From: Candidatus Gottesmanbacteria bacterium
GTDB lineage: Bacteria; Patescibacteriota; Microgenomatia; UBA10105; UBA927
Reading direction: 5' to 3'
Assembly (NCBI GenBank): GCA_023245355.1
Contig: JAHFKN010000003.1
Coordinates: 57,368-121,367 of the forward strand
DNA length: 64,000 nt
Shown here: positions 61,726 to 64,000 of the stretch, one piece after another
Layout: each line of letters begins with the position of its first letter
How positions within the stretch are numbered: position 1 is the first letter of the stretch
Made by a program: the position numbers and the translations under genes
Notes under the pieces: model-generated
The model's input: only the letters and a program-made list of their open reading frames with translations
Database searches by the model: none
What the model was told of the DNA's origin: nothing

Positions 61726-61973
61726 AGTAAACTATTTTGTAATCTTGTTTTTAAGTCTTCTTTTAGCGCATGCATTTTGAGCTTCTTTTCTCTCATCAAT
61801 GCATCTTTTTTGTCTTTATACGCTTCGTAATATACTAAAATCCACGGTCGGTATCCTTTTGTTGATTTCACCTCTCCGTTATTGTGCTGATGTAATCTTG
61901 TACGTAAATCCCCGGTTGATCCTATATATACGTCATTATTAACCTTGCTTTTGAGGACATATACATAGTACAT
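61716..61973 (-). CDS. stand-alone GIY-YIG nuclease; stop codon lies inside tRNA-Ile
   Basis: YYVYVLKS...YIGST.DL..RL.QHN.G..KSTK.YRPW.LVYYEAY...A..REKKLK. Confidence 0.92.
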   Translation of the reverse strand: MYYVYVLKSKVNNDVYIGSTGDLRTRLHQHNNGEVKSTKGYRPWILVYYEAYKDKKDALMREKKLKMHALKEDLKTRLQNSLLGA

Positions 61974-62025
61974 ACCACTGTCAGGCGAAGCCTGATCTGG
62001 CTTTGCCAGAAACTACGCACCCAGT
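61973..62025 (-). repeat. duplicated tRNA-Ile 5' stub interrupted by a double palindrome
   Basis: 61973-61980 equals 61706-61713 and 62011-62025 equals 61714-61728. The insert is TCAGGCGAAGCCTGA + TCTGGCTTTGCCAGA. Confidence 0.9.
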
Positions 62026-62053
62026 CAGGATGGCAATAATTGTACCACAAGGC

Positions 62054-63454
62054 TCACTGATAAATCACTACCGGCGTGCCTATATCGGCGAATTGGTACA
62101 CTTCCTTGGCATCTCCCACATCGAGCGCGACACAGCCTCCGGTATTCGGAGCACCGATAAATTCCCGTGGCCGTTGGATTTTGTTTCTTCCGGAATAGAA
62201 ATACGGCAGCTCATGAATACCAAAGTAGGCATGAAGTTCTTTGGAATATTCAAAGCCCATCCAGTACGGCATCCAGACGTTATAAATGCCCGAAAATCCC
62301 AATCCGGTTTTGTTGAGGATTTTAAATGATCCGACGGGGGTGGGATAGTCTTTACCGGTAGAAACGCGGTATATTTTGACAATCTTTTTGTCCTTAAACG
62401 TAAATAGTTTCTGCTGCGATATATCGATTTCTATATATTTTCCGGCAATTTCTCCTTCGGTATTGGGACCGCTGTCTATCCCTACCTTGACCGATTCGGC
62501 CGGTCCGCCCGCAAATCGCGTTGTGAGTGCATTTTTTATCCCGTTGCCGACCCGTTCATATGCGGTTTGCGGATTAAATGTTGCCTGATACACGGATAAT
62601 GCGGTAGTGAGGTCCGGCAAAAAGGTATCGTAATTGACGGAAAACGTGACCGTGTCCGAATTGGCGGACATGCTGGCAGTCGTATACCGCCGTAAGTCGG
62701 CTGGTGAAAGTGTTATGAATTGATTGGTGCCGTTTAAGCCGACGATGACGGTCAGCGGCTCGCTGTATACGCTGGCCAGCTTCGTATTTGTCGAAGCGAC
62801 AAGTTCTTCGAGGTGGTTTGGCGCTTCGACCAGCGGAACGGTCAGCGGCTCGCCGACGGAGCCGAAGTGGCGGAGAAGCTCAGTCTGAAACAATGTGATA
62901 TCGACAACATACCGTTGCTGCGGGGCAAACAGCGTCGCCTTTTTGTTATCCTGATCAAGGTAAACGATATTCTGACTGCTGAGTCCTGCGTCATTAAGTT
63001 TGGCAACATATTCGTAAAACTCCTGAGAAAAAGAAAGCGGAACGCTTACAATCCGCGGCCGGAATATCTGGTTTGCTACACTCTGAATTTTTTCCGGCCA
63101 GGAAAGCATATTCGGGGTGAATATCTCATGAATTACTTCATCGGGGTCCATATAGACGCCGATATGCTCGTAGGATAAATCGTAGGTTTGGGAGTTAATG
63201 GTAAGTACAAGTGTAGATTGGTAACACCGGGTGAGAAATTCCCGGATTGCTTCCTTGGTGCGCAGTCCCATGTTGGTATTCCCGATGACCGTATTGGGAA
63301 AACTTAGGGTGTTTGCGCTGATAATCAGGAGAAACATGGCGTTTATCAGGGTAAATGCGGCAAGGACATTTCGCCGGGTCAGAATTTTTTTGTGCCGCAA
63401 GTGCCGCACGATATGACGTGCATGGTGAGAGATAGCCGCAACGTGACGCTTCAT
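62054..63454 (-). CDS. L,D-transpeptidase (YkuD) with TM and PG-binding region
   Basis: IEIDISQQ, VSTGK...TP.G, MPYW, FGIHELP, TGGCV. Confidence 0.88.
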   Translation of the reverse strand: MKRHVAAISHHARHIVRHLRHKKILTRRNVLAAFTLINAMFLLIISANTLSFPNTVIGNTNMGLRTKEAIREFLTRCYQSTLVLTINSQTYDLSYEHIGVYMDPDEVIHEIFTPNMLSWPEKIQSVANQIFRPRIVSVPLSFSQEFYEYVAKLNDAGLSSQNIVYLDQDNKKATLFAPQQRYVVDITLFQTELLRHFGSVGEPLTVPLVEAPNHLEELVASTNTKLASVYSEPLTVIVGLNGTNQFITLSPADLRRYTTASMSANSDTVTFSVNYDTFLPDLTTALSVYQATFNPQTAYERVGNGIKNALTTRFAGGPAESVKVGIDSGPNTEGEIAGKYIEIDISQQKLFTFKDKKIVKIYRVSTGKDYPTPVGSFKILNKTGLGFSGIYNVWMPYWMGFEYSKELHAYFGIHELPYFYSGRNKIQRPREFIGAPNTGGCVALDVGDAKEVYQFADIGTPVVIYQ

Positions 63455-63508
63455 ATCTTTTAGGCTATCAGAACTCGCTTCTCAGGACAATTTGGAAAAA
63501 CGTGCTGA

Positions 63509-64000
63509 TCAGGATGAAGCCAGGGGATTTTGTGAAAGCGATTGGATAATGGTCGGAAGACGGGTGGCTATGTGTTTGGCGTCGCCTTTGTCGTTTAAGA
63601 GACCCCAGTTGAGCACGCCGAATTCTTTATCGTCGAATAACTCATAGAACCCGATGTTCCGGATATTATTATCGTTGACGACGGGGAGCATGGCCTGTGC
63701 GATTTTTTCGACAGCATATGACTGAAGCTTTTCGTGTTTCGGGTTTTTTTTCTGGATCGGGTCGAGTGTGGGGAATCCGAATTCCCCGACGTCTATTGCC
63801 AGAGCAGGAAACAACGTACGTGTCCGATGAACTACCTTTTCAAACTCATGTATGTCGGTAATCTGATCCGTAAGAAGTGTCAGAAAGTCGCCACGCACAT
63901 TTCGTGTTCCTTTGGTCGCAATCGCCTCAAGCGCCTGATGGGCCACCGTTATTCCTGATTTCGGACGCAGCATTTTTTTATTGTACTGGTATGATCCGGG
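63509..64000 (-). CDS. glycoside hydrolase clan A-like protein (5' end outside window)
   Basis: Frame stays open to the edge; VGEFGFPT, GFYELFD, WGLL. Confidence 0.6.
   Translation of the reverse strand, partial: PGSYQYNKKMLRPKSGITVAHQALEAIATKGTRNVRGDFLTLLTDQITDIHEFEKVVHRTRTLFPALAIDVGEFGFPTLDPIQKKNPKHEKLQSYAVEKIAQAMLPVVNDNNIRNIGFYELFDDKEFGVLNWGLLNDKGDAKHIATRLPTIIQSLSQNPLASS

Overview
Chromosomal fragment of a Patescibacteria (CPR) bacterium, most likely Microgenomates. This rests on a stand-alone 16S rRNA gene with OP11-type primer-site mismatches, many short orphan ORFs and standard code 11. Housekeeping genes include rpmG, rpmB, def, fmt, mreB, mrdA, dprA, topA, uppP, speD and tdh-kbl, plus glycosylation and envelope genes and six tRNAs (Trp, Thr x2, Tyr, Cys, Ile). 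The most notable signal is a recurring minimal element at tRNA 5' ends: tRNA promoter, then a duplicated tRNA 5' stub broken in the D-arm by a palindrome, then a lone ~85-aa GIY-YIG nuclease, then the intact tRNA. It is seen at tRNA-Trp and tRNA-Ile, with an ORF-less scar at tRNA-Tyr and a 3'-side palindrome-bearing 81-bp repeat at tRNA-Cys. Other points of interest: a decayed serine-recombinase island at the tRNA-Trp 3' end carrying a signal peptidase; two divergent carbonic-anhydrase-like genes close together; and a ~6-kb Shine-Dalgarno-led SPFH/membrane-protein operon bracketed by a ~1.1-kb hairpin-rich leader and a structured trailer, in a window where most genes appear leaderless. All family calls come from motif recognition by eye; no searches were run.
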